From Octopus sinensis (taxonomy: Eukaryota), in contig NC_043003.1 of NCBI RefSeq assembly GCF_006345805.1, forward strand, positions 2,728,001 to 2,792,000: 64,000 nt of DNA, written 5' to 3'. Positions 1 through 12,909 of this stretch are shown here, one piece after another. The position numbers and the translations under genes were made by a program. Each line of letters begins with the position of its first letter. Position 1 is the first letter of the stretch. The notes beneath the pieces were generated by a model. It saw nothing but the letters and a program-made list of their open reading frames with translations. It searched no databases and had not been told where the DNA came from.

Positions 1-1247
1 ATTATTATTATTCAGGTCACTGCCTGGAATTGAACTCGGAATTTTGAGGTTAGTAGCCCATGCTCTTAACCACTATGCCATAATAATAATAATATAACCT
101 CGAAAAATTCCTTAGGAATGAGAACCCAGGAGGGTATATCAGCCAAAACAGTGTGTTAACAACAAACAAGATGAGGACAAATATCCGTCAAATGTAAATA
201 ATGTAGAGATAGAAATGTCAGGATTAACAATATACATATATATACTATGCTCAGTATAGAATTGAACATACCTATGGTGGGGGGAAAGAATGAGATTAAT
301 AAGGATCAATAATCCCACTCTGTTAACATACATCATCATCATCATCATATTACAAATACTTCGAAGAACTTAAAGATGGAAATACTGAAAACATAAAACT
401 GAATTTTCTTTAAAGTTTACAACCCATTTTGCTTTGGATAGGGTCCTGCTGGTAAATTTGTGTATTTCATTGTTGAAGTCGAAATGCTCTTCCTACTACT
501 ACAAGACCACTCAACTAATTAATAAGTAGCACCTGTTAATTAAGAAATTAAAAGAATTACTCAATCCAATATTGGTTTCAAATTTTGGCACAAGGCCAGC
601 AATTTCAAGGTAGGGGACAAATCAGTTACATCGACTCATCTGGTACTTATTTTATCAACCCCTAAGCACGAAAGACAAAGTCAACCTCTGCAGAATTTGA
701 ACTGAGAATGTAAAGACGGACGAAATGCCACTGAGCACTCTGCCCACCGTGCCACCGAATCGGACAACTCTTTGCCTCACTTGATCCAATATTACCAAAA
801 AAAGTGAACAAAGTAAAATATTCTAAGTGTTTCTGATCAATTTTCGAATGTAACAACCACCAATCCTATCCACAAGAAAAACTGTGTTGCTATGTTATTA
901 AATATGTGAATGGATTCACTTCATGGTTAGGGATAAGAAAAAAACCCTAACCGCAGTAGTTTTTGAGGGATCAGGGCAAACAAAGAAGACATCACCAAAA
1001 CATCAACAACAAATTTCTAGCTAAGTCGAACGAGAAGGTCGAGGGTTTTGTTACAATAAAAAGACAGCTGTAATACAAATTACAGCAACAGGATAATGGT
1101 TGGGGTGAAGAACCCCCTTTAAAACACACAGGGACAGATGTGAAATACTTTAATCTCACTCTCAATATTTTTGACATAGTAATTAGGAATCAATACTGAA
1201 ATTAAAAACAATATAATGTTAATTGAGTGGAGAGATGAAATACTTGC

Positions 1248-4200
1248 CTGGCTAGAAATTGAAGAATATTTCACAATAGGCTTGCCTTCTCGTTGAGCGG
1301 TAGCAAAACTACGAGAACAAGCCAAACTGCAGAAGCGCTTAGATTTCGAGTAGAAAGCATGCTTTACACCAACAGTACCACACTTTTCACAAGTTGCTAT
1401 ATATGGGTAAATAAAAAAACAAAAACAAGTAACTTGCATGAAAAATCTGTTTAAAGGTCTGAAAAGAATTAAAGATATGACACTGGGCGGGTACTATGCG
1501 TGACAATGGGCGGGTACTAAGCTTGACATTGGGCGGGTACTATGCGTGACAATGGGCAGGTACTATGCGTGACAATGGGCGGGTACTATGCTTGACAATG
1601 GACGGGTACTATGCGTGACACTGGGCGGGTACTATGCATGACAATGGGTGGGTACTATGAGTGACAATGGGCGGGTACTATGCATGACATTGGGCGGGTA
1701 CTATGCATGACATTGGGCGGGTACTATGCGTGACACTGGGCAGGTACCAAGAGACAAAGGGCGGGTACTATGAGACACTAGGGGAGATGTTATGTGACAT
1801 TGGGCAGTGTGGGGTGCTATGAGACATTGGGCAAGTATTATGTGCAAAAAGTGAAGTGAAAAGTTGCTTCAGCCAGATTCATTACAATCAAAGAGAGATG
1901 TAGGAAGTCTTGATATGTTTAGTAATTTCAAGAGAAAAATGCCATCCAACTAGATATTCTTCATTTAGAATTAAATATCCATTCTGACAAAAAAGTGAGG
2001 CAAGAAACTACAAAGTGGTGAGTAAGATGTTTCTGAGATATTTCCTATCCCATGTTCCTGACAAAGAATTTCCTTTTCTCTGCAAAGATTAAACTTCCTC
2101 GGCACTTCTTGCCATTGTTGTGGCCACCAACAATGAAGACTATAATCACTACTCAACATGCTAGAAACCTCAACCAAATTTCCTTCAAACACTCAGGCTA
2201 TCATCTTAAAAAACAATAATGGAATATTGCAGTTCAAAGTAAACTATCTGACAGAAGAACTCAAAGACAAATGGTCAGGGATAGAATTGTGGGTCTGCTT
2301 AATCATTGCTGACTTGAGGCTAAACAAAACAACAACAAAAATAAATAAAAAAAAAAAATATATAGATTGAGCAGCAGAAAAAATTTTGCAGTTCCATTTT
2401 GCTTCCAATGCCATATTGCACACACCACACACACTTCCAAATTTCTTTCTCACCTCCACTTGATTCACTGCCATGTATCCGGTGCCAAATGTGATGAGTT
2501 CTCTGATCATCACAACCTAACAGATCAACCAGTCCTGATGGGTTTTCCTGCAGTCCCAAACAGGCTCCCATATAAACTCTTCAACCTTAAATTCCCAGTG
2601 GACCCTCACACACCCCAATTTAAAGAAACATGCGATAGTGTGTCCCATTCCTCAAAATCATCTCTATGACTAACAACTATCAACTTATTGCCAACTCTTC
2701 CAATCTCAAACATGATGGAAAAAAATGGTAAACAGTTATCCTTTAATTCCCTTTTTACCAACGGTAACCAATAATATGGTTTCCAAAGAGCTGGATCCAC
2801 CAGAGATTTGTTTTTCTCAATTCAGACATCAGTGGCCTCTCACTCACAAAAACTTGGTAAAAGCAATGTGGCACCTTTGGCTCAATCCATCTTTCATTTC
2901 TTCTAGAGAAAGTTTCCTTACAGACTGCACCATGCAACAGGAATCAATACAGAAATATTTCTCTATCCAATCTACTCTGGTGTTCAATTATAGAACACTT
3001 CTGCTACTTATTAATGGATTGCTGTCAATTTTAAAAACAAATCCTCCTAAACACATGATACTGACCTTCACTGTCACTGTTGTTATCAACATACAACTTG
3101 GACACTTCACATCTTGCACTGCCCCCCTAAACAAAGACCTTAACCCTTTCATTACTCTATTTATTTTGAGATGCTCCGTGTTTCTTCCAATTAATTTTAA
3201 ATATAACAAAGGATTTAGTAAAATAACTTAGTTATCATTCAGCTAGTTTGAGGAACATAAATTGTGGCTAAGGTTTGGTGGAAGATTTTAATTCAAAACT
3301 TATGAAAACAAGACATTTGTACTACAGAACCAGAGGCAGTTTCAGCTGGGTTGGTAACGAAAGGGTTAAAATCATCCATCAATGAAGACTTGATAAACTT
3401 TGTCTCTTCAACACCAAAATACAACCACTACACATGCCAAGTTAACGCTATATCTTCCATAACATTCAACACTAGATTAAAACCTTCAATTTTGTTACCT
3501 TCCTGTCATCTCAAAACTACATAAAACATATATATACATGTCTATTATATACGTGCCAGCAAATAAAGGGCGTTCACGACTGTATCCTACACCAGTGTCG
3601 CATAACCAGCCCCAGGCCATTCAAAAGTACCTTGGATCGTAGGGCGACAGACCATGCTTGAGGAGACCTATTGAGTCAAGTACATCAACATCAAAATAAG
3701 AATCAAATGGAAATAGTAGTTGTGATACCTGTGCCGGTGGCACATAAATAGCACCATTCAAGCATGGTCGATGCCAGCGCCACCTTGACTGGCTTCAGTG
3801 CCAGTGGCACATTAAAAAAGCACCAACTGATCGAGGCTGTTGCCAGCCTCCTCTGGCTCCTGCGCCAGTGGCATGTAAAAAGCACCCACTACACTCATGG
3901 AGTGGTTGGTGTTAGGAAGGGCATCCAGCTGTAGAAACACTGCCAGATCAGACTGGAGCCTGGTGCAGCCTCCTGGCTTCCCAGGCCCCGGTCGAACCGT
4001 CCAACCCATGCTAGCATGGAGAACGGACGTTAAACAATGATGATGTAGTCTGATCAATAAGTATCTGGACTGTTGCCATAGTAACGAAGCTAAAGCAAGC
4101 AGAGTGAAGCTGCTTTGCACAGATTGACCTTGAACTCTGCTGTGCATGTGCACTAAGTTTTAACATTCTGGCTCACTTCCGCTGTTTACAGCAGTGCTTG

Positions 4201-7200
4201 GAAGGAAAGTGTGTAGCATGTGATCGTTGCATTGACCATTACAGAAAAAAGTTGAGCAGAGAATCTGCATCGAATTTTGCCAAAAGCTTGATGATACCTG
4301 CTCAGAGGCCTTATGCAAAGTTTTCAAAAAGCTTTCTTTGTTCTCGACACAATCAAGGAAATCTTGTGCAACTGAAACCCAAGTGTCTTCTTGGTCAGTT
4401 GAAAGCAGTTTTGGCACAAACTTGGCAGACACATATTTCATACCCAGATCTTCAGGGATAATGGACTCTCACTAATCTGCACAGCTTCTGATAACTCATG
4501 GATGGTGATTCGATGATTTCCCCTCACATCTACGATGTTTTTCTCAGTTCTGCTGGTTGCGTGTCTCCCAGAACGTTCGTCAATATCAACATTTTTGCAG
4601 CCATCCTGGGAACATCTGAGCCACTCGTACACATGTGGACAGCTCATACACCGCTCTCCATATACTTTCTGCAACTTTGTGTAGGTCTCTGAGCAGGTAT
4701 TGCCATGACAACTTTCTCTGTCATGGTCAATGCAATGAACACATGCTACACACCTTCCTTCCAAGCACTGCTGTAAACAGCAGAAGTGAGCCAGAACGTT
4801 AAAACTTAGTGCATATGCACAGCAGAGTTCAAGGTCAATCTGTGCCGAGCAGCTTCACTCTGCTTGCTTTAGCTTCGTTACTATAGCAACAGTCCGGCCA
4901 CTTATTGATCAGACCGTGTATATGCAGCTATGAAATCGCAACGCAAGCACTCTCAATGCTCTGCACAAATACAACAACATAAATGTATCTGTTTGTGTGA
5001 TTGTATATAAAAGTAGTTATGTAGATGCAAGCAGAATCAAAGTTGACTCGGTCAATAATAGTTGGGAATTTCTGTCCAATAACAGGTGTTTGTGTTGTGC
5101 TTATGGTTAAACTATACCAGTCTCAATAGTCCGGCCCACCTAGCTGTGAACATGTAACAGGATAGGTCTAGCTTGCTGCAGTTAGTCAAGTAAGAATTGT
5201 AGACTCTGGGATTTTATATTAAATTGCAGAGGTCAAACCCACCTTTCGCTAAGAGAATAAGTAGAAAAGAATAAGATTGAGGGAATCTTAGACTATTAAC
5301 TTCATATTTTAGAGATGAAAGGTTTTTTTAATATTTACCTCTCTGCTTTGATCAAATTGATCTGCAATCATTATCAGATATCTTATTCCTGGCTGACTAC
5401 ATACTATTAAACTGGATTCAAACTAGGACATTTTGTTAAATATCAATACAGACAGCTTGTACAACATCATCAACTTTTATATGCTTGTCCAACCTGCTAG
5501 AAACAGTAGCCAAATTAACCTTAATTCACACACTACTATCTTAAAAACAGTGGTAACTAGAATCAGTCACCAGTTACTTCCATTCATTGTTCAGCTCTTT
5601 CCAAAATAAATCCTTACACAGAACATCATCATCGTTTAACGTCTGCTTTCCATGCTGGCATGGGTTGGACAATTTGATTGAGGACTGGCGAACCAGATGG
5701 TTGCACCAGGCTCCAATCTTGATCTGGCAGAGTTTCTGCACCTGGATGCCCTTCCTAATGCCAACCACTCCGAGAATGTAGTGGGTGCATTTACGTGCCA
5801 CTGACACGAGGGCCAGTCTGGCAGTACTGGCAACAACCTCACTCAAATGTTTTGTTCAAGTGCCAGTAATGGAACGCTGGTAACGATCACGCTCAAATGG
5901 TGCCTTTTACGTGCAACCGCCACGGAAGCCAGACAGCTGCTCTGGCAGAGATCCCGGTCAGATGGAGCTGTGAGCGCTCCACTAAATATGCCTCAATGAA
6001 ATCCAGGCTTGCCCCACCACGTTTTTTTCGCAATAAATGTAGTAAACGAACATTAGGAAATTATCCAGGATCACAAACCACTGAGGTACAAGCGAACCCT
6101 TTCATAACTATGTCCTATGACCAGAATAGGGGTTTTTAAAGCTAGCCTAATATTTTCATTCACTTTAGTGTGTGTGTGAGGCTGGCACACAAAGTAGTTT
6201 TGGGAATAGTCTTGTCACATACGTATTCTTTTATTTGTTTCAGTCATTTGACTGTGACCATGCTGGAGCACTGCCTTTAGTCAAACAAATCGACCCCAGG
6301 ACTTATTCTTTGTAAGCCTACTACTCATTCTATCGGGCTCTTTTGCCTAACCACTAAGTTATGGGGACGTAAACACACTAACATCGTTTGTCAAGCGATG
6401 GTGGGGGGGACAAACACAGACACACGTATATATATCATCATCATCATCATCATCGTTTAACGTCCGCTTTCCATGCTAGCATGGGTTGGACGGTTCAACT
6501 GGGGTCTGGGAAGCCATATATATACATCTATACGACAAGCTTCTTTCAGTTTCCATCTACCAAATCCACTCACAAAGCTTTGGTCAGCCCGAGGCTATAG
6601 TAGAGGACTTGCCCAAGGTGCCACGCAGTAGGACTGAACCTGGAAACATGTGGTTGGGAAGCAAGCTACTTACCACATGGCCACTCCTGCGCCTATGTAA
6701 GAACTTTCTGTTTAAATCATGCTCCAAACATCACATCGATATAGAAATACATGTTCTTTCTTTTAAAAATGAATTAATTAGAAACACAGTAATGAAAACA
6801 CTAGTTTCAAATTTTGGCATAAGGCCAGCAATTTTCAGTGGATGGGGTGGGGGCAAGTCAATTACACTGACCCCAGTGCGTAACTGGTACTTATTTTATC
6901 AACCCCAAAAGGATGAAAGGCAAAGTAGACCTTGGTGGAATTTGAACTCAAAACATGAAGACAGACAAAATGCTGCCAAAGCCTGTTGCCTGGCATGCTA
7001 ACAGTTGAGCCATCTCAGCACCGTTGGCAATAAATCAATATCATTGGAAAGAGAGGAATTTCACTATCTCAAGAGACATATTGGAACAGACATGAAGAGA
7101 ACAAAATGACTGAATATTTGGGAAATAATTAAATTTTCGTATTCAAGAAATTAAAATACAAAATTTTGCAAATAACAACTAAAATTCAAAATGGATAACC

Positions 7201-7395
7201 GAATGCCGACTTACCCATGCCATCTTTGCCATTGATAAAATGTAAAGGGGCAGGTTTCTCTAGAGTGATGGGCTTAGTGTCTGTTGGAACTTGAGACTCA
7301 ATGATTTTCTCTGCAGACCTTTCCTTGTCAGAACTATTACTCTCATTGTAACTGTCGTATCCATCAATTAAAGACAAGTTGTAATCATCTTCAGC
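1248..7395 (-). CDS. MBTD1: MBT-domain protein (MBTD1/L3MBTL2/Sfmbt family), two N-terminal exons including the FCS-type zinc finger; partial
   Basis: Exon 7215-7395 (tttccag|GCT ... ATGG|gtaagt) encodes AEDDYNLSLIDGYDSYNESNSSD...NGKDGM. It joins in phase 1 to exon 1248-1396 (atatag|CA), encoding ATCEKCGTVGVKHAFYSKSKRFCSLACSRSF...SSQ. This matches my recollection of MBTD1 (FDGYDS...GKSGM-ATCEMCGMVGVRDAFYSKTKRFCSVSCSRSY). MBT repeats were not seen and are presumably left of base 1. Confidence 0.8.
1480..1845 (+). repeat. 23-bp GC-rich minisatellite (ACAATGGGCGGGTACTATGCGTG), about 12 good plus several degenerate units
   Basis: Directly visible tandem units starting at 1480, 1503, 1526 and so on. 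Confidence 0.95.
3144..3365. mobile_element. piggyBac-like MITE (other copies at 40285-40506 in reverse and 52279-52483)
   Basis: TTAA|CCCTTTC ... GAAAGGG|TTAA termini; the same ~220-bp body occurs three times in the window. Confidence 0.8.
4048..4918 (-). mobile_element. Internally deleted mariner element with ~210-bp terminal inverted repeats
   Basis: 4048-4256 is the reverse complement of about 4705-4918, flanked by TA. Minus-strand transposase remnants are ETYTKLQKVYGERCMS..VYEW...DERSGR and VSAKFVPKLLSTDQ. Confidence 0.9.
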
Positions 7396-9889
7396 CTGGA
7401 AACGAAACAAAAAAAATAATAAAAGACAATTTTTTTTACTCACATTTCAATTTTATAAACACATATTTTTATCATCATCTTCTGATGCCTGCTTTTCCAT
7501 GCTGGCATGGATCGGACAGAATTCATTGAGGTAGCTTGTCTATGATCAAGTGCACACGGGCCGTCAAACTTTACCGGCTTCCAAGCAAAGGTAACCTTTC
7601 TCCTTGGCCAGACATTTTTGCATAGAAAATTGGAGTCCATTTCTATGAAGGTGACATACAATCAACATAATTTTACCCATGTAATTTTTATCTACACATT
7701 CAAAAATGTGACCCTGTAAAGTTTCATTGTAAAATAAGCCCTTTTCAGAAAGTTATGAGCAAACAAAAATGGGTGGGGTTTCCTGTGGATAAGCCTGTGG
7801 GTGAGTGTGCCGAGTAGGTTCAAATTTTGAAGTGACTGCCACATCCCTTCTTGTAAAACGGTTGTGTGGTAACTGAACCCAACCACAAGGTTCTGGGTTC
7901 AGTCCCATTGCATGGCACCTTGGGCAAGTGTCTTCTACTGTAGCCTCAGGTCACCCAAAGCCTTTAGAGCATTGGTTCACAAACTGGGGTTTGTGGACCT
8001 CTAGGGGACCAGAGAGTGATTTTAAGGGGACCATGAAGGGACGCTGAAGAATTGTGAAAATGAGAGGCATGAGACAGTTAAGTTTTAAAATTTCAAGACT
8101 TCCAATTTTTTGCATGCTATCATCCTTTTTGCCTCTCTTACATGCTCATTTGCTAATCACACCTGTTGTACAACAGGTATGACTGGCTGATGGAAAATAT
8201 GCAGGTACAACGGTTGATCGTGCAATGTGCTGTATTCTACACTCACATGATTCACCACTCCACATGTTGCATGTCTCTTGAAGTCGTTATCCTCACTGGT
8301 ACATGTTCCCACATGACCTTGCCCCTCGCCAGACACCCATTTTCATCCCAGTTCATAGTCTGGAAATTACAGTACACGAGTGTATGTCATTTTCCCCATG
8401 TTAATTATCCTGCATTTTATAGGGGACCACGAATCATCAAAAAAAGTACAAGGGGACTGGCACATAAAATTTTTCTGAAAAGTCTGAGAACCACAGTTTT
8501 AGAGTTTGGTAAATGGAAACTGAAAGAAGCCCATCATATGTATATATATATCTGTATGCGTCTTTGCATCTGTCCCTGCTCCCCACCCCTTCACAACTGA
8601 TGTTGGTGTGGTTATGTCCCCATAACCTAGCAGTTTGGCAAAAGAAAGAGACCAAGAGAATAAGAACCCGGCTTTAAAAAACCAATGAGAATTAGGGTCG
8701 ATTTGTTTGACTAAAATCTTCAAAAGTGGTGCCCCAGCATGGCCACAGTTTGATGACTGAAACAAGTGAAAGAATAGGCATTCAATCGTTTTGAGTCTCA
8801 GACTTGTCAAGATTCATGACAGCACGTGTCGACGACTGTAAACACACAAAATATTATTATTAATACAGCTTTTTCAACGTCGATCTCGGTTTTTTCTTGG
8901 ACATTTAAAAAAAATATTTTATCTAGTTTCAGCTCACGAGCTGTGGCCATGCTGGGGCACCGCCATTTACAGATTTTACATCCACAAATGAAGCAGACAA
9001 CGCCGAAAATGGGTTGTGTGTGTGTATTCTTTACCTTCGCCACTATTTTTGTAATTGATACAAAAGCAAACGCATGTGTGTGTGTGTGTGCTCAACCCCA
9101 GTGTTCGACAACTGGTGCAGGTTTACATACGTACACGTAAAAAGCACCCAAGCCAGTGCCGCGATTAAGGCACCCAGTGCCACTCTGTAAAGTGGTTGGC
9201 GTTAGGAAGGGCACTCAGCTGTAGAAACCAGGCCAAAACAGACAATTGGAGCCTGGTGCATCTCTCCAGCCATGCCAGCTCCTATGAAACCAGCAAACCC
9301 ATGCCAGCATGGAAAACAGATTTTGTCGGTGGCATGTAAAAACCACCAACTGATCGTGGCTGTTGCCAGCCTCCCCTGGCACCTGTGTCAGTGGCACGTA
9401 AAAAGCACCCACTACACTCTCGGAGTGGTTGGCGTTAGGAAGGGCATCCAGCTGTAGAAACACTGCCAGATCAGACAATTGGAGCCTGGTGCAGCTCTCC
9501 AGCCATGCCAATTCCTGTCAAACCACCTAACCCATGCCAGTATGGAAAATGGACGTTAAATGACGATGATGAGGTTGTAACTTAGCGGTTTGGCATAAGT
9601 GACCCGTAGAGAAAGTACTGAGGTTGATTCGTTTGACTAAAACCCTTAGAGTCAGTACCCCAGCATGGCCTCAATCAAATGACTGATACAGTATATGTAT
9701 ACATATGTGTGTGTGTGTGCGTCTGTCCCCCACCCCCACCGCTTGACAACCGGTGTTGCTGTTTATGCCTCCATAACTTGGCGGTTCAGCAAACAGGTCG
9801 ATAGAAGCGGTACCCGTCTAGTTAATGTTTACTCTAACACTCGGCCACCAAAACAAATAAAGCAAGTGAATTCAACGAAGATGAGAAGA

Positions 9890-10670
9890 AAAATTTGTGC
9901 CAACGAACCGATTTTTCAAGAAATTTGTGGGGGGGAAAAAATTTTCCAAGGTGGGTGGGGAGAGGACTTTCAAAGAGAAAGAAAACCATAATTTTTTGTT
10001 TGTTTGTTTGAATATAAGGGAAAAAAGTCTGAAAAAAAATTTGGGGGATTTGTTTATTTTTCGTTTGAGTAATAGAAAAAGGTATTTAAAAAAATCCCAT
10101 TTATCATAATGAGAGAAACAAATTCATAAATACGGTGGGAAAAAAATTAAGGGCGATTTAGCTGTTGCTTTTAGCACATCTCACGACCATTTGATACCTT
10201 CCTTGTTTGGTTAATATTTTCTCCCCATAAACACATTTGAGTAATGAAAACAATTTAAGAAAAAAATGTGGCATATGTACCCCCACCCCACACCGACTTT
10301 GTTGCCTCATAACTTCCAACAAAAAAATATTTCATTAACGAAAAAAAGAAAGAAATTTGCGCACATGTCTAACAGCCCTTAACTTTTTCCCCAAACTGAA
10401 ATCCTATTCAACACCCGAATTTATGAATTTGTTTCTCTCGCCATGACAAATGGGATCTTTTTTTAAAACCGTTTTCTATTGCTCAAGCGGGAAAATAAAT
10501 GATTCTAAAAATTTTTCTTCAAACTTTTTTTCCATTACACTCAAACACACAAAAAAAATTATGAATGTCTTTCTCTTCGAAAGTCCTCTCTCTATCCCCC
10601 CCTCGCAAAAAAAAAAAAAAACAACTTTCCCCACAAATTTCTTTACAATCGGTTCGTTGGCGCAAATTTT
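9890..10670. repeat. Diverged long inverted repeat (arms about 9890-10137 and 10412-10670)
   Basis: AAATTTGTGCCAACGAACCGATT...CAAATTCATAAAT is mirrored by ATTTATGAATTTG...AATCGGTTCGTTGGCGCAAATTT. The ORF track shows KICANEPI on both strands. Confidence 0.85.
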
Positions 10671-11033
10671 GGTAAATCCTACTTTCTTTCTTTCTCTCTC
10701 TCCCCACCATCTATCAAGTTTTTCGCGAAGTAATTGATACTTCTTCACGAAACGCCTCTCTCCTCACACTAGCCACCTCTCACTGAGTGAACGGCATCTC
10801 TCTGCTGCAAGACAAATGGTAACTAAGACACACAGAAGGAGGGGGAGGAGGGGTGAATTCTTGGCGGCCCAGCAACAAATATCATTTTGCACTGCTTCTT
10901 TTGTATCGCTGTTTCACAATATTTTCACCCATTTAAGGAAGTTGACAAGCAAGTTCGTAGGTATGATGTCTCGCTGATAACAACGATGCCTTGTATAGAG
11001 TTTGCTCGACAAGCTAGACATAGAAACCAAATG

Positions 11034-11273
11034 GGTACTACTTGAGAACAGTGGTCCCGGTTCGCGTAGTCGCGCAAGCTAGTCGTGACTAGTCGACCCT
11101 ACAACAACTACCTAGCAAAGTAAATAAAACACAAAATAAATAATTTTTTTTACACAAACTAAATAATTTTTTAAACAAAGTAAATAAAACACAAAGTAAG
11201 GATCGACTAGTCATGACTAGCTGGCGCGGATGCGCGAGTGCGCGCACCGGGACCACTGTTCTCAATTAGTACC
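11034..11273. mobile_element. Palindromic MITE with GG termini, possibly Merlin-like; copy 1
   Basis: TIR GGTACTAcTTGAGAACAGTGGTCCCGGT, extending imperfectly to about 65 bp; 8-bp flanking direct repeat ACCAAATG. Confidence 0.8.
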
Positions 11274-12811
11274 ACCAAATGTTCTTCCTGCCAAAGCCCG
11301 TCTACCGTTTTGAAGCAAATATAAGTCAATGTAGTTCTTGGACAACCAATTAACAGGATAGTCACCACTGATATATTGGTAACTTCCTATTATCGGCGAC
11401 CAATTTTTAGTTAGTATTAGTAAATAAATTATTAAACAATCCCCACCTGACCAATCCTTCGCTAGTTTCTTCTCCACGAAGCAGCGATAACTATTCTAAA
11501 AGTCCGTCGATCTACTATTACAACCATTTCACACGTGGTAAGAAGCTTGCTTCCCAACCGCATGGTACTGGGTTCAGTCCCACTGCGTGGAGCCTCGAGC
11601 AAGTGCTTTCGGGGCTAATGCAGATTCGCACCTCACCTTGAAAACAGCACACTACGGGCCGACCAAACCGTTGTGAGTGGATTCGGTAGACGGAAACTGA
11701 CAGAAGTCCGTTCGTCAGATATATATATATATATATGAGTGTCTTTGCATTTTCCCCTACCCTCAGCTTGACAAACGGTGCTGGGGTGTTTACGTCCCTG
11801 TAGCTTAGCGGTTCGGTAAAACAGACTGCTAGAATAAGTACTAGTACTTTTTTTAAAAAATAGCACTGGCTCCGATTCATTCAACTAAACTTTTTGAAGA
11901 CGATGCCCCCTGCATGGCCGCAGTCTACTGATTGAAATAAGTAAAAGATGCAAGATCCGACCATTCTACATTAGGAAAGAGACACACGGACACGTTTGTG
12001 AATGTACTCCTTCCCTTACATAGCAAAGCATCCCGTTGGGTCATGTAGGAGGACAAGCAACGGCCCCGTGGTGGTCGAGATTCTCAGAAACGTCTGTCCA
12101 CTTAACATCGTGAACAGGAAAAAATTATAATGAAGAGTTAAAGAACGATCACAAATGAGATTATGCAAGTAAATAGGAGTTAAAAACTCCCTCGGGGGTT
12201 TAAAATCGAAAACCAACAAGGACAATTTCAATAAAATTATTTGATTGAAATTTCCGAACTCCACTGATGACACAGGTTGGAATGGAATTTCATTCATTCA
12301 ACAGAACGCTTTCTCATATAAACACTTCGTTATTTTAATCAATTAACACTGATTGCTGAATAATTAAAGCAGTTTAGTAAAATTAACGACCAGGTAATTT
12401 CGCAGACAAAGAAAACGGTTAACATGCTGTTTACGACCGTACGGGTCCTACATGTGAAGTTGGTCCTCTCAGAGGCTAATTTTCTTTAAATGCACTAAAA
12501 AGTCCCACCACCACCAAAAAACGGTATGTGATGAATGAACTCTGCTCCGGGGTCAATCCTGGTGGAAGCAAGATCACTGATCAGTGAAAGACGGAGGATC
12601 GTTAGAAAAACAAAAAGAAAAAAAAGGGCCGACAATGTTTATACAGGCTTTTTTACGTTCTGAGTTCAAATCTTATCGAGGTCAACTTTGCCTTTCATCC
12701 CTCACGGGGTTGATAAAGTACAGGTGCCTGAATTAAAAACGAGTAGTGATAGGCTTAATGTGTCGCCTGGTTTAAACTTACCACCTGGTCCTTAGGAATC
12801 CGAAGTGAATC

Positions 12812-12909
12812 GGCGGAGGTAAAGAATACGTACACCACCCGTTTTCGGCGTAACAAAAACCCTAACCCCTAATCCTAAACACCGGATGTGCGTATTCTTT
12901 ACTTTCGCC
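12812..12909. mobile_element. ~98-bp mini inverted-repeat element with a CCCTAACCC core
   Basis: GGCGGAGGTAAAGAATACGTACA pairs imperfectly with TGTGCGTATTCTTTACTTTCGCC; no clear target-site duplication. Confidence 0.5.

Noticed and set aside
340-1120. Candidate next MBT-gene exons (near 1117 and 500)
   Set aside because: No frame gave recognisable linker or MBT sequence with convincing donors; left unassigned.
8790-8836. Minus-strand acceptor plus ATG as the MBT start exon
   Set aside because: The frame hits TGA after 11 codons, and the only donor is weak and phase-incompatible with exon 7395.
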